64,000 nucleotides of DNA, from contig CALDWI010000002.1 in NCBI GenBank assembly GCA_937923795.1, positions 11,406 through 75,405 of the forward strand, in the 5' to 3' direction. This DNA is from an uncultured Collinsella sp. GTDB lineage: Bacteria; Actinomycetota; Coriobacteriia; Coriobacteriales; Coriobacteriaceae. Made by a program: the position numbers and the translations under genes. How positions within the stretch are numbered: position 1 is the stretch's first letter; every line of letters begins with the position of its first letter. This document shows, piece by piece, positions 41,335-50,531 of this stretch. Below the pieces are notes generated by a model, which saw nothing but the letters and a program-made list of their open reading frames with translations, was not told the DNA's origin and made no database searches.

Positions 41335-42549
41335 ATGGCCGATAAGATCCAGTGGGCGGGCAACACGATGCCCAAGAGCGATGACAAGCACTTGGGAATC
41401 ATGAGCCTCGACCACGTGAAGAAGGCCCGTGCCTTCCACCAGTCGTTCCCTCAATATACCGTCACTCCGCTTGCCCGTCTGGACGGTCAGGCTGCGCGCC
41501 TGGGCCTGTCCAACCTGTGCGTTAAGGACGAGAGCTATCGCTTTGGCCTCAACGCCTTTAAGGTTCTGGGCGGCTCGTTTGCCATGGCCAACTACATTGC
41601 CGATGAGACCGGCAAGGACGTTGCCGACTGCACCTTCGATTACCTGACTTCCGATCAGCTTGCCAAGGACTTTGGCCAGGCCACCTTCTTTACCGCCACC
41701 GACGGCAACCATGGCCGCGGCGTGGCATGGGCTGCCAACAAGCTGGGTCAGAAGGCCGTCGTGCACATGCCCAAGGGTTCCACCAAGCCCCGCTTCGACA
41801 ACATCGCCGCTGAGGGCGCCACGGTGACCATCGAAGAGGTCAACTACGACGAGTGCGTGCGCATGGCCGCCGCCGAGGCCGACGCCTGCGAGCGCGGCGT
41901 CATCGTTCAGGACACCGCCTGGGAGGGCTACGAGAAGATCCCGTCTTGGATTATGGAGGGCTACGGCACCATGGCTTCCGAGGCTGCCGAGCAGCTGCGC
42001 GAGATGGCCATCAACCGCCCGACGCACGTCTTTGTCCAGGCCGGTGTAGGCTCGCTCGCCGGCGCCGTGGTGGGCTACTTCACCAACCTGTATCCCGATA
42101 ACCCGCCCACCTTCGTCGTGGTTGAGTGCGCGCCTGCCGCCTGCCTGTACAAGGGCGCTGCCGCCGGCGACGGTGACCCGCGCATCGTGGACGGCGACAT
42201 GCCCTCCATCATGGCCGGTCTGTGCTGCGGTGAGCCCAACATCCTGGGCTGGGATATCCTGCGCAACCACGCCACCGCCTTCGTGTCCTGCCCCGACTGG
42301 GTCACCGCTCGCGGCATGCGCACCCTGGGCGCTCCCGAGAAGGGCGACCCGCGCGTCATCTCCGGCGAGTCCGGCGCTGTGACCACCGGTCTGGTCGAGA
42401 CTCTCATGCTCGATCCCGAGTACGCCGAGCTCAAGGAACTCATCGGCCTGGACAAGACGAGCTCCGTGCTCTGCTTCTCCACCGAGGGCGATACGGATCC
42501 CGACCAGTATCGCCGCATTGTTTGGGAAGGCGAATATCCCACTTGCTAA
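41335..42549 (+). CDS. ygeX: Diaminopropionate ammonia-lyase (PLP-dependent)
   Basis: FHQSFPQYTVTPL...LCVKDESYRFGLNAFKVLGG (PLP-lysine region) ...ATDGNHGRGVAW. AAGGAG RBS. Confidence 0.88.
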   Translation: MADKIQWAGNTMPKSDDKHLGIMSLDHVKKARAFHQSFPQYTVTPLARLDGQAARLGLSNLCVKDESYRFGLNAFKVLGGSFAMANYIADETGKDVADCTFDYLTSDQLAKDFGQATFFTATDGNHGRGVAWAANKLGQKAVVHMPKGSTKPRFDNIAAEGATVTIEEVNYDECVRMAAAEADACERGVIVQDTAWEGYEKIPSWIMEGYGTMASEAAEQLREMAINRPTHVFVQAGVGSLAGAVVGYFTNLYPDNPPTFVVVECAPAACLYKGAAAGDGDPRIVDGDMPSIMAGLCCGEPNILGWDILRNHATAFVSCPDWVTARGMRTLGAPEKGDPRVISGESGAVTTGLVETLMLDPEYAELKELIGLDKTSSVLCFSTEGDTDPDQYRRIVWEGEYPTC

Positions 42550-42623
42550 TCGTTGGGGCGGAGTAAATAGGTATCGCTCCGCCACCTCAAAGGTAGATTC
42601 CTTCGTTTGAAAGGTTATGAACA

Positions 42624-44009
42624 ATGGCTAAAGAACTCGATTTCGACGCTATCAAGGCTGCTGCTGAGTCTCATCGTGCTGATATGACTCGCTTCCTGCG
42701 CGCTATGATCTCCCATCCCTCTGAGTCCTGCGAGGAGGGTGAGGTTGTTGCTTGCATCAAGGCCGAGATGGAGAACCTTGGCTATGACGAGGTCAAGGTC
42801 GACGGCCTGGGCAACGTTATGGGCTTTATGGGCGAGGGCGACAAGATCATCGCCATCGACTCCCACATCGACACCGTCGGCATCGGCAACATCGAGAACT
42901 GGGATGCCGATCCCTACGAGGGCTACGAGACCGATGAGATCATCTACGGCCGCGGCGGCTCCGACCAGGAGGGCGGCATGGCTTCTGCTACCTACGCTGC
43001 CAAGATGATGAAGGACATGGGCCTCATCCCCGAGGGCTACAAGATCATGGTCGTCGGCACCGTCCAGGAAGAGGACTGCGACGGCATGTGCTGGCAGTAC
43101 ATCTACAACAAGGACGGCATTAAGCCCGAGTTCGTCATTTCCACCGAGCCCACCGACGGCGGCATCTACCGCGGTCACCGCGGCCGCATGGAGATCCGCG
43201 TCGACGTTCACGGCACCTCCTGCCACGGCTCCGCTCCCGACCGCGGCGACAACGCCATCTACAAGATGGCCGACATCATCGCCGACGTCCGCGCCCTCAA
43301 CAACAACGGCTGCGACGAGTCGACCGACATCAAGGGTCTCGTCAAGATGCTCGACCCCAAGTACAATCCCGAGCACTTCGAGGATGCCCGCTTCCTGGGC
43401 CGCGGCACCTGCACCGTCAGCCAGATCTTCTACACCAGCCCCAGCCGTTGCGCCGTGGCCGACTCCTGCGCCATCTCCATCGACCGTCGCATGACCGCCG
43501 GTGAAACCTGGGAGTCCTGCCTGGACGAGATCCGCAACCTGCCGGCTGCCAAGAAGTACGGCGACGACGTGAAGGTCTCCATGTACATGTACGACCGTCC
43601 GTCCTGGACCGGCGAGGTCTACGAGACCGAGGCTTACTTCCCCACGTGGATCAACAAGGAGACCGCTCCGCACGTCAAGGCTCTCGTCGACGCCCACAAG
43701 GCCATGTTCGGTGACGAGCGCATCGGCTGCGAGCCCAGCATGGACAAGCGCACCGGTCGCCCGCTGTGCGACAAGTGGACCTTTTCCACGAACTGCGTTT
43801 CCATCCAGGGCCGCTACGGCATCCCCTGCGTGGGCTTTGGCCCGGGTGCCGAGTCTCAGGCTCACGCTCCCAACGAGGTCACCTACAAGGACGACCTGGT
43901 CACCGCTGCTGCCATGTACGTGGCTGCCCTGAACCTCTACGATCCGAGCAAGGCCGATGGCGACGCCACCGTGTTCCGCGCCGGTCTGACCAACAACAAG
44001 ATTGATTAG
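42624..44009 (+). CDS. ygeY: YgeY-family M20 metallohydrolase (selenium metabolism-linked hydrolase family)
   Basis: M20 motifs [24 protein letters not shown] and HGSAP. Sits next to ygeX and ygeW as in E. coli. Confidence 0.85.
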   Translation: MAKELDFDAIKAAAESHRADMTRFLRAMISHPSESCEEGEVVACIKAEMENLGYDEVKVDGLGNVMGFMGEGDKIIAIDSHIDTVGIGNIENWDADPYEGYETDEIIYGRGGSDQEGGMASATYAAKMMKDMGLIPEGYKIMVVGTVQEEDCDGMCWQYIYNKDGIKPEFVISTEPTDGGIYRGHRGRMEIRVDVHGTSCHGSAPDRGDNAIYKMADIIADVRALNNNGCDESTDIKGLVKMLDPKYNPEHFEDARFLGRGTCTVSQIFYTSPSRCAVADSCAISIDRRMTAGETWESCLDEIRNLPAAKKYGDDVKVSMYMYDRPSWTGEVYETEAYFPTWINKETAPHVKALVDAHKAMFGDERIGCEPSMDKRTGRPLCDKWTFSTNCVSIQGRYGIPCVGFGPGAESQAHAPNEVTYKDDLVTAAAMYVAALNLYDPSKADGDATVFRAGLTNNKID

Positions 44010-44210
44010 TCCCATTCCTCGATTTTGTTGAGCCGGGGGCTGCTCGTGTCCCCGGCACCCCCGGTTGACTTGGGGCCCGCGGTCGTTATCTCCCATGCTT
44101 CCTCAACGGTGGCGGGTCCTCGTCATGGTGCTCTGCATGTTCTAGCCACACGCGCATGCCGGAGCACATCTACTCATTGCGATCGTTTCATCTTTAGAAA
44201 GGACATTTCC

Positions 44211-45413
44211 ATGGACGCTAAGTTTACCGAGCTCGTCGAGCAGCTGAACGGCCTCGATTTTAAGGGTATGTACGGCAGCGACTTCCTGCACACCTGGGAC
44301 AAGACTACCGATGAGCTCAAGGCTCTCTACATCGTCGCCGACGCCCTGCGCGAGCTGCGCGAGAACAACGTCTCGTCCAAGATCTTCGACTCGGGTCTGG
44401 CCGTCTCCCTGTTCCGCGACAACTCCACCCGTACGCGCTTCTCCTTCTCTAAGGCCGCCAACCTGCTCGGCCTTGAGCTGCAGGACCTGGACGAGAAGAA
44501 GTCCCAGATCGCTCACGGCGAGACCGTCCGCGAGACCGCTACCATGATCTCCTTCATGGCCGACGTCATCGGCATCCGCGACGACATGTACATCGGCAAG
44601 GGCGACGCCTACATGGCCGAGGTCTCCGAGTCTGTCCAGCAGGCTTACGAGGACGGCGTTCTGGATCACCGTCCCACGCTCATCTCCCTGCAGTCCGACT
44701 CCGATCACCCCACGCAGTCCTCTGCCGACATGCTCTACCTCATCAACGAGTTTGGCGGCCTCGAGAACCTCAAGGGCAAGAAGGTTGCCGTCACCTGGGC
44801 CTATTCGCCCTCTTACGGCAAGCCGCTGTCCTGCCCGCAGTCGCTGATCAGCCTGCTGCCCCGCTTTGGCATGGACGTCACCCTGGCTCACCCCGAGGGC
44901 TACGACCTCATGCCCGAGGTCGTTGAGCGCGCCAAGGGCTATGCCGCCGAGTCCGGCACCACCTTTAAGCAGGTCAACACCATGGCCGAGGCCTTCGAGG
45001 GCGCCGACATCGTAATCCCCAAGAGCTGGGCTCCGTTTGCCGCCATGGAGAAGCGTACCAACCTGTACGCCGAGGGCGACGACGCCGGCATCGCTGCGCT
45101 CGAGAAGGAGCTGCTCGCCCAGAACGCCACCCATCAGGACTGGTGCTCCACGACCGCGCTCATGGAGAAGACTGCCAACGGCCAGGACACCATCTTTATG
45201 CACCCGCTGCCCGCCGACATCTCCGGTGTCTCCTGCGAGCACGGCGAGGTCAACGCCGACGTCTTCGACATGCACCGCGTGGGCATGTACAAGGAGGCCA
45301 GCTACAAGCCGTACGCCATCGCAGCCATGATGTTCCTGCAGAAGGTTGCCGATCCCGCCGCTGCCCTCAAGGCCCTCGACGAGCGCAACGCTGCCCGTTG
45401 GTTCCAAGCCTAA
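44211..45413 (+). CDS. ygeW: YgeW-family (knotted) carbamoyltransferase
   Basis: FRDNSTRTRFSF carbamoyl-phosphate STRTR motif, HPLP motif (FMHPLPAD), ~400 aa. Start moved to the ATG at 44211. Confidence 0.87.
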   Translation: MDAKFTELVEQLNGLDFKGMYGSDFLHTWDKTTDELKALYIVADALRELRENNVSSKIFDSGLAVSLFRDNSTRTRFSFSKAANLLGLELQDLDEKKSQIAHGETVRETATMISFMADVIGIRDDMYIGKGDAYMAEVSESVQQAYEDGVLDHRPTLISLQSDSDHPTQSSADMLYLINEFGGLENLKGKKVAVTWAYSPSYGKPLSCPQSLISLLPRFGMDVTLAHPEGYDLMPEVVERAKGYAAESGTTFKQVNTMAEAFEGADIVIPKSWAPFAAMEKRTNLYAEGDDAGIAALEKELLAQNATHQDWCSTTALMEKTANGQDTIFMHPLPADISGVSCEHGEVNADVFDMHRVGMYKEASYKPYAIAAMMFLQKVADPAAALKALDERNAARWFQA

Positions 45414-45436
45414 AGCTGGGCTGAGGTAAGCCATGT

Positions 45437-45475
45437 AAAGGGGGCGCTCTGCCAACCGGCGGGGTGCCCCTTTTT
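45437..45475 (+). terminator. Probable intrinsic terminator after ygeW
   Basis: aaaggggc...gcccctttt stem ending in a ttttt run. Confidence 0.45.
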
Positions 45476-45562
45476 GCATCGCGGGCGTGCGGGATAAGCG
45501 TTTTCGATGTGGATGCCCGCGGCGCGAGTTATGGGTACGATGGTTTCAGGGGAGGTATCACC

Positions 45563-46177
45563 ATGAAACTTGGTTGCGTCATTATGGCCTCGGGCGAGGG
45601 CAAGCGGTTTGGCTCTAACAAGATGCTTGCCGATATCTATGGCGAGCCGCTAATTGCCCGGACCATCGATTCGGTTCCCCGGGGCTTTGACGTCGTGGTT
45701 TCGACGCGTTGGCCCGAGGTCGCCCAGATTTGCGAGGACAAGCATTGCCCGTGCGTGCTGCACGATGGCGAGCTGCGCAGCGAAAGCGTCCGTGCGGGCC
45801 TTTCGTGGGGAGTCGAACGCAACTGGAAAGGTTGCCTCTTTTTGCCGGGCGACCAGCCGCTCGTGAGTTCGGATTCTTTTGAGGCTATGGTTCGTGCATT
45901 TGACGAGCGTGGCCGCAAGCATCCGGTGCGTCTTGCGTGCAACGGTGAGCCTTCGAGCCCGGTGCTCTTTCCGGCGGAACTGTTCGATGCGCTTATGTGT
46001 CTTGAGGGCAAGGACGGCGGCGGTTCGATCCTCAAGGACCGTACCGACGTGGTGCTGGTCGAGGCGCGTGCCTACGAGCTGTGGGACGTCGATACCGCCA
46101 AGGGACAGCGACGCATAGCGGAGCATATCGCCGCCTGCTCGTATTTTGATCGCGTGGCCAACTGCATCAATCAATAA
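45563..46177 (+). CDS. ygfJ: MobA-like NTP transferase (YgfJ/MocA-type molybdenum cofactor nucleotidyltransferase)
   Basis: VIMASGEGKRFG..NK nucleotide-binding N-terminus and LPGDQPLV motif. GGGGAGG RBS before the ATG at 45563. Confidence 0.75.
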   Translation: MKLGCVIMASGEGKRFGSNKMLADIYGEPLIARTIDSVPRGFDVVVSTRWPEVAQICEDKHCPCVLHDGELRSESVRAGLSWGVERNWKGCLFLPGDQPLVSSDSFEAMVRAFDERGRKHPVRLACNGEPSSPVLFPAELFDALMCLEGKDGGGSILKDRTDVVLVEARAYELWDVDTAKGQRRIAEHIAACSYFDRVANCINQ

Positions 46178-46186
46178 GGAGCAATT

Positions 46187-47554
46187 ATGATCATCATCAA
46201 AAACGGCGCGCTCGTGACGCCACAGGGGCTTCGCCGCGCCGATCTTGCCATGGATGGCGATAAGATCGTGCGGATCGCCGCGGCGATTGAGCCGGCTGAG
46301 GGCGATACCGTCGAGGATGCCGCGGGCTGCTGGGTGTTTCCCGGCTTCATCGACGGCCACACGCACATGCAGTGCTGGACCGGCATGGATTGGACGGCCG
46401 ATAGCTTTGAGACCGGCACGCGCGCGGCCGCCTGCGGCGGCACGACGACCATCGTGGACTACGCGACGGCCGATCGCGGCGTGACCATGCCCGATGCCTT
46501 GGCCGAGTGGCATCACCGCGCCGACGGAACCTGCACGGCCAACTACGCCTTTCATATGGCACTCGCCGAGTGGAACGAGCGCAACCGCGCCGATCTCTCG
46601 GCCATGCGCGAGGCGGGCGTGTCGTCGTTCAAGACCTACTTTGCCTACGATCATTTGCGCCTGGACGATGCCGAGACGCTCGAGGTGCTCGAGGAGCTCA
46701 AGTTTATTGGCGGCATACTGTGCGTGCATTGCGAGAACGGCACGCTGGTGAATGAGCTGCAGAAGCGCGTGTTTGAGCAGGGTATCCACGGGCCCGAGGG
46801 CCATGCGCTCAGCCGTCCGGATGTGTGCGAGGCCGAGGCAGTGAGCCGTCTGCTATATCTGGCGCACCTGGCCGGCGACGCACCGGTCAACGTGGTGCAC
46901 CTTTCGACCAAGCTGGGGCTCGAGGCCATCCGTGCCGCCAAGGCGCGCGGGCAGAAGAATATCTATGTCGAGACCTGCCCTCAGTATCTGATGCTCGACG
47001 ATACTTGCTACTTGGAGCAGGGCGAGGACGGCTTTGCGGGTGCCAAATATGTGATGAGCCCGCCGCTGCGCCATGCCGGCGACCGTGCGGCACTGCGCGA
47101 GGCACTTGTGGCAGGCGAGATCGATACGATTGCGACCGACCACTGCAGCTTTAACCTACACGGGCAAAAGGACCGCGGACGCGACGACTTCCGCGCGATT
47201 CCCAACGGCGGGCCCGGTGTGGAGCATCGCCCCGTCGCGATCGCTACGAGCTTTGAGGGACAGCTGGGCCCCGAGGATCTGTGCCGCTTGATGAGCGAGA
47301 ACCCGGCGCGCGTCTTTGGCATGTATCCGCGCAAGGGATGTCTTGCCGAGGGCTCCGATGCCGATGTGTGCGTGTGGGATCCCAAGGCGCGCTGGACCAT
47401 TAGCGCTGCGACGCAGCATCAGGCTGTGGACTACACGCCGCTCGAGGGCTTTGAGGCACATGGCCGCGCCAAGGCCGTCTTCGTCAACGGCGTGCTGGCC
47501 GCGTGCGACGGCGAGCCCACCGGAGCCCAACCCGGCCGCTACGTCCCCCGCTAA
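46187..47554 (+). CDS. hyuA: D-hydantoinase/dihydropyrimidinase-type cyclic amidohydrolase
   Basis: PGFIDGHTHM metal-binding HxH motif, SFKTYFAY (carboxylated Lys region), VHCENG, ATDHCSF. Confidence 0.87.
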   Translation: MIIIKNGALVTPQGLRRADLAMDGDKIVRIAAAIEPAEGDTVEDAAGCWVFPGFIDGHTHMQCWTGMDWTADSFETGTRAAACGGTTTIVDYATADRGVTMPDALAEWHHRADGTCTANYAFHMALAEWNERNRADLSAMREAGVSSFKTYFAYDHLRLDDAETLEVLEELKFIGGILCVHCENGTLVNELQKRVFEQGIHGPEGHALSRPDVCEAEAVSRLLYLAHLAGDAPVNVVHLSTKLGLEAIRAAKARGQKNIYVETCPQYLMLDDTCYLEQGEDGFAGAKYVMSPPLRHAGDRAALREALVAGEIDTIATDHCSFNLHGQKDRGRDDFRAIPNGGPGVEHRPVAIATSFEGQLGPEDLCRLMSENPARVFGMYPRKGCLAEGSDADVCVWDPKARWTISAATQHQAVDYTPLEGFEAHGRAKAVFVNGVLAACDGEPTGAQPGRYVPR

Positions 47555-47580
47555 CAAGAAGGGCGCCGGATTCCCTTCGC

Positions 47581-47647
47581 AGTTGCGGTGAAATAGTTCC
47601 TGTTTAGCCGCCAAATAGGCCGTTTCAGGAACTATTCCACCGCAACT
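47581..47647. repeat. Palindromic element, copy 1 (22-bp stem, 1 mismatch), between the convergent hyuA and yqeC
   Basis: agttgcggtgaaatagttcctg - 23 nt loop containing gccgccaaa - caggaactattccaccgcaact. Confidence 0.8.
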
Positions 47648-47672
47648 TATAGGTCTGCTGGGGCAGCGCCGG

Positions 47673-48407
47673 CTATTTGAGGCTGGTGGCGACGATGGGG
47701 CGGCTGAGGGCAGTCTCAAAGCGGCCTGCCACGGCCGGGTCGGCAAGCGTGTCGACTTGGTTGAGCATAATGCGGGCATTGTTGAGGTTCAGCATCCGCA
47801 GTTCGGCATTGAGCACCATGGCGACGCGCTCGGGCGTGGCGATATCGGTGAGCTCGCAGCCGCAACGCTCGCAAAAGAGCTCGGGGCGGTGGACGGCTTC
47901 GTTGATGGGCTTGCCGAGCCCCGAGGCGCCGACGATCCAGACGATGTTGGCCGTGCCAGAGGGAATCACCGGCTCCCAGGCGGCGTGGGCCTTGAGCGGG
48001 AGCCGCTTGCTGCCATCTGCCTCGGCCAGGACGTAGTCAAAGCGCTGCGCCAGCTGGTCGAGCGGTTCGGCAGGGGAGGAGAGCTTGCCCGTCTCGGGGT
48101 CCAAGACGCCTGCTTGGCAGATGCTTCCGCGGCTCATGCCCGCGCATGCCTCGCAGGTGCAGCCTGGGGCGTGCAAGGCACCTGGCTTCCAGGGCGCGGC
48201 GTCCAGACGACGGCTCGACCCGTCCCATGGCACGCCGGCGACGGGAAACATGTGCGTGGTGGTACAGAGAAGCACCCTGCCGCCGGCGCGCATGAGCTCG
48301 AGACCCAGCGTCTTGAGCAACGTCGACTTGCCACCGCTGCCGATGATCGCGGTAATGCCCGGCTCAATCTTGAGCGTGGAGGCAAGGCTGCCGTTAACCG
48401 TTTCCAT
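47673..48407 (-). CDS. yqeC: YqeC-family selenium-dependent hydroxylase accessory protein (P-loop)
   Basis: ITAIIGSGGKSTLL Walker A directly after the N-terminus, ~240 aa, located beside yqeB/xdhC. Confidence 0.78.
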   Translation of the reverse strand: METVNGSLASTLKIEPGITAIIGSGGKSTLLKTLGLELMRAGGRVLLCTTTHMFPVAGVPWDGSSRRLDAAPWKPGALHAPGCTCEACAGMSRGSICQAGVLDPETGKLSSPAEPLDQLAQRFDYVLAEADGSKRLPLKAHAAWEPVIPSGTANIVWIVGASGLGKPINEAVHRPELFCERCGCELTDIATPERVAMVLNAELRMLNLNNARIMLNQVDTLADPAVAGRFETALSRPIVATSLK

Positions 48408-48509
48408 CTGTTCACCGCCGTATAATACTGTGATAATAAATAATCATCAGAGTAGCGGTCGAACCGCTTTTGCTCTGCTCAAACCGTAGCACAGGGAGGT
48501 GCCCCGGGA

Positions 48510-49304
48510 ATGCTCGTTTATGTTCGCGGCGCCGGCGATATCGCCACGGGCGTGGCTGCTCGTCTGGTGCGCGCCGGCGTGTCGGTTGTCATGGCCGATA
48601 TCGCGGTCCCCACGTGCATCCGTCGCACAATCAGTTTTTGCGAGGCCATTCGCCTGGGCGAGGTCCAGGTCGAGGGCATTCGTGCCCGCTTGGCGCAGAC
48701 GCCGGTCGAGGTGCTTGAGATTACCGAGGCGGGGGATGTCGCCGTGGTGGTGGACCCCCAGGCACAGATGCTCGGCGAACTTAGACCCGCGGCCGTGGTA
48801 GACGCGATTCTAGCTAAGCGCAATTTGGGCACCACGCGCGACATGGCTCCTGCCGTCATCGCGGTAGGGCCGGGCTTTACCGCTCCGGTTGATTGCGATG
48901 CCGTGGTCGAGACTATGCGCGGGCATTTTTTGGGCCGCGTCATTACCCAGGGCTCGCCCCAGCCCAACACGGGCGTGCCGGGCATGATCGGCGGATACGG
49001 CAAGGAGCGTGTTATCCACAGCCCCGCCGCCGGCGTGTTTAGGTCCGACCGCGCGATCGGCGACATCGTGAGTGCCGGCGATGTGATCGGGTATGCGGGT
49101 GATACTCCCATGGTCACGCAGATTGACGGCTGCTTGCGCGGCCTTTTGGCCGACGGCGTTCAGGTGACCGAGGGCTTTAAGTGCGCCGACGTCGACCCGC
49201 GCGGCGATGCCAGCTATATCAACTATATTTCGGACAAGGCGACATCGGTCGGCGGCGGCGTACTCGAGGCGCTCGCCATGCTCACCGGTGTATTCCAGGG
49301 ATAG
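48510..49304 (+). CDS. yqeB: YqeB-family selenium-dependent molybdenum hydroxylase system protein
   Basis: MLVYVRGAGDIATGVAARL N-terminal Rossmann-like motif, ~260 aa, adjacent to xdhC. Family assignment is from memory of the TIGRFAM description. Confidence 0.7.
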   Translation: MLVYVRGAGDIATGVAARLVRAGVSVVMADIAVPTCIRRTISFCEAIRLGEVQVEGIRARLAQTPVEVLEITEAGDVAVVVDPQAQMLGELRPAAVVDAILAKRNLGTTRDMAPAVIAVGPGFTAPVDCDAVVETMRGHFLGRVITQGSPQPNTGVPGMIGGYGKERVIHSPAAGVFRSDRAIGDIVSAGDVIGYAGDTPMVTQIDGCLRGLLADGVQVTEGFKCADVDPRGDASYINYISDKATSVGGGVLEALAMLTGVFQG

Positions 49305-49313
49305 GAAATTGCA

Positions 49314-50357
49314 ATGGAAAAGCTCGATGTGGTGAATGCTGCGCTTGGCGCTCTGAAGGCTGGTAAGACGTGCGAGCTGGTGGTAGTTGCCGGTACGGCA
49401 GGGTCATCGCCGCGCGGCGTGGGCGCCTGGATGGCCGTCTTTGCCGATGGCAGCCAAGCGGGCACCATCGGCGGCGGCAAGATTGAGCTCTTTGCGCTGG
49501 ACGAGGCGCGCGAGCTGCTGGCCGCAGGGCAATCGCGTCTGGTCCGCTACACCATGGGCGGCGAGAACTCCGATACTGGCATGATCTGCGGCGGAGCCAT
49601 CTGCCTGTGCTATCTGCACCTGGATGTATCGCAGGTGCCGTTGTTCCAGTCGGTTGCCGACGTTTTGGCCTATCGGCGCATCGGCGACTTCGTCATCGAC
49701 TTTGAACCGTTTGTCATTCAGGCCCTGGAGGGCGATGTGGTCGAGTACCATGGCGAGGCATCGCGCCGCACCATTGCGGGCTGCCCCGGGCTTTCGCTGG
49801 TGGAGGAGGGGAGTAAGGTTACCTACACCAACGCGGCCTCCGAGATTCCCGCGGCGCACGTCGAGACGCTCTGCCCCGAGGGCCTGACCTATATCTTTGG
49901 CTGCGGCCACGTGGGCGCCGCGACGGCGCGGGTGCTCACGGCGGCGGGCTTTGCCGTCGTGGCGTGCGACGACCGCCCCGGCACGTTGACGCCCGAATGG
50001 GTGCCCGGTGTCTACGATCGTCGCCTGGTCGATTACAAGAACCTGAGCGAGCCGTGTCCCATCGGTCCGCGCGACTTGGTGGTCGTCGCCACGGCGGGTC
50101 ACAAGTCCGATATCGACGTGGTGATTCAGGCCATGCGTGCCAAGCCTGCCTACCTGGGCTGTCTGGGTTCGCGCCGCAAGACGGCCTTTGTGCGCGCCCG
50201 CCTGGAGCAGGAGGGCTTTACGCAGGACCAGATCGACGAGCTGCACCTTCCGATCGGCGTTGCCATCGAGGCCGAGGACCCCGAGGAGATCGCCATCTCC
50301 ATCGCCGCCGAGATGATCCACCTGCGCCGCACCAAACTCGTCCCCCGCAAGCGCTAA
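49314..50357 (+). CDS. xdhC: XdhC/CoxI family molybdenum hydroxylase maturation factor
   Basis: N-terminal XdhC_CoxI domain (GSSPRGVGAWMAVFADGSQAGTIGGG) and C-terminal Rossmann (IFGCGHVGAA). Confidence 0.85.
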   Translation: MEKLDVVNAALGALKAGKTCELVVVAGTAGSSPRGVGAWMAVFADGSQAGTIGGGKIELFALDEARELLAAGQSRLVRYTMGGENSDTGMICGGAICLCYLHLDVSQVPLFQSVADVLAYRRIGDFVIDFEPFVIQALEGDVVEYHGEASRRTIAGCPGLSLVEEGSKVTYTNAASEIPAAHVETLCPEGLTYIFGCGHVGAATARVLTAAGFAVVACDDRPGTLTPEWVPGVYDRRLVDYKNLSEPCPIGPRDLVVVATAGHKSDIDVVIQAMRAKPAYLGCLGSRRKTAFVRARLEQEGFTQDQIDELHLPIGVAIEAEDPEEIAISIAAEMIHLRRTKLVPRKR

Positions 50358-50375
50358 TCGCATCCCCACCAATAA

Positions 50376-50448
50376 GTTGCGGTGAAATACGGATTGTTTA
50401 AGCCTGTTAGGCCGCCAAACAGTCCCTATTTTACCGCAACAGCTTTTT
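50376..50448 (+). terminator. Palindromic element, copy 2, followed by TTTTT; terminator of xdhC
   Basis: gttgcggtgaaatacggattgttt - loop containing gccgcc - aaacagtccctattttaccgcaac, then agcttttt. Shares AGTTGCGGTGAAATA and gccgccaaa with copy 1. Confidence 0.7.
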
Positions 50449-50502
50449 GGGACCCATTTGTGCGGGGGAGTTGTGGAGTTGTGCAGGCAGACGAGGTTTT
50501 TC

Positions 50503-50531
50503 TGGAAATACACTCCCGATGCGCGTATAGT
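50503..50531 (+). promoter_or_regulatory. Candidate sigma-70-type promoter for rplE and downstream genes
   Basis: TGGAAA (50503-50508), 17-nt spacer, TATAGT (50526-50531), about 140 nt upstream of rplE. Confidence 0.35.

Noticed and set aside
28332-50357. In-frame UGA (selenocysteine) recoding within the selenium-linked cluster
   Set aside because: All cluster genes read through as uninterrupted ORFs of the expected length. There is no split-gene pattern that would suggest a recoded UGA.
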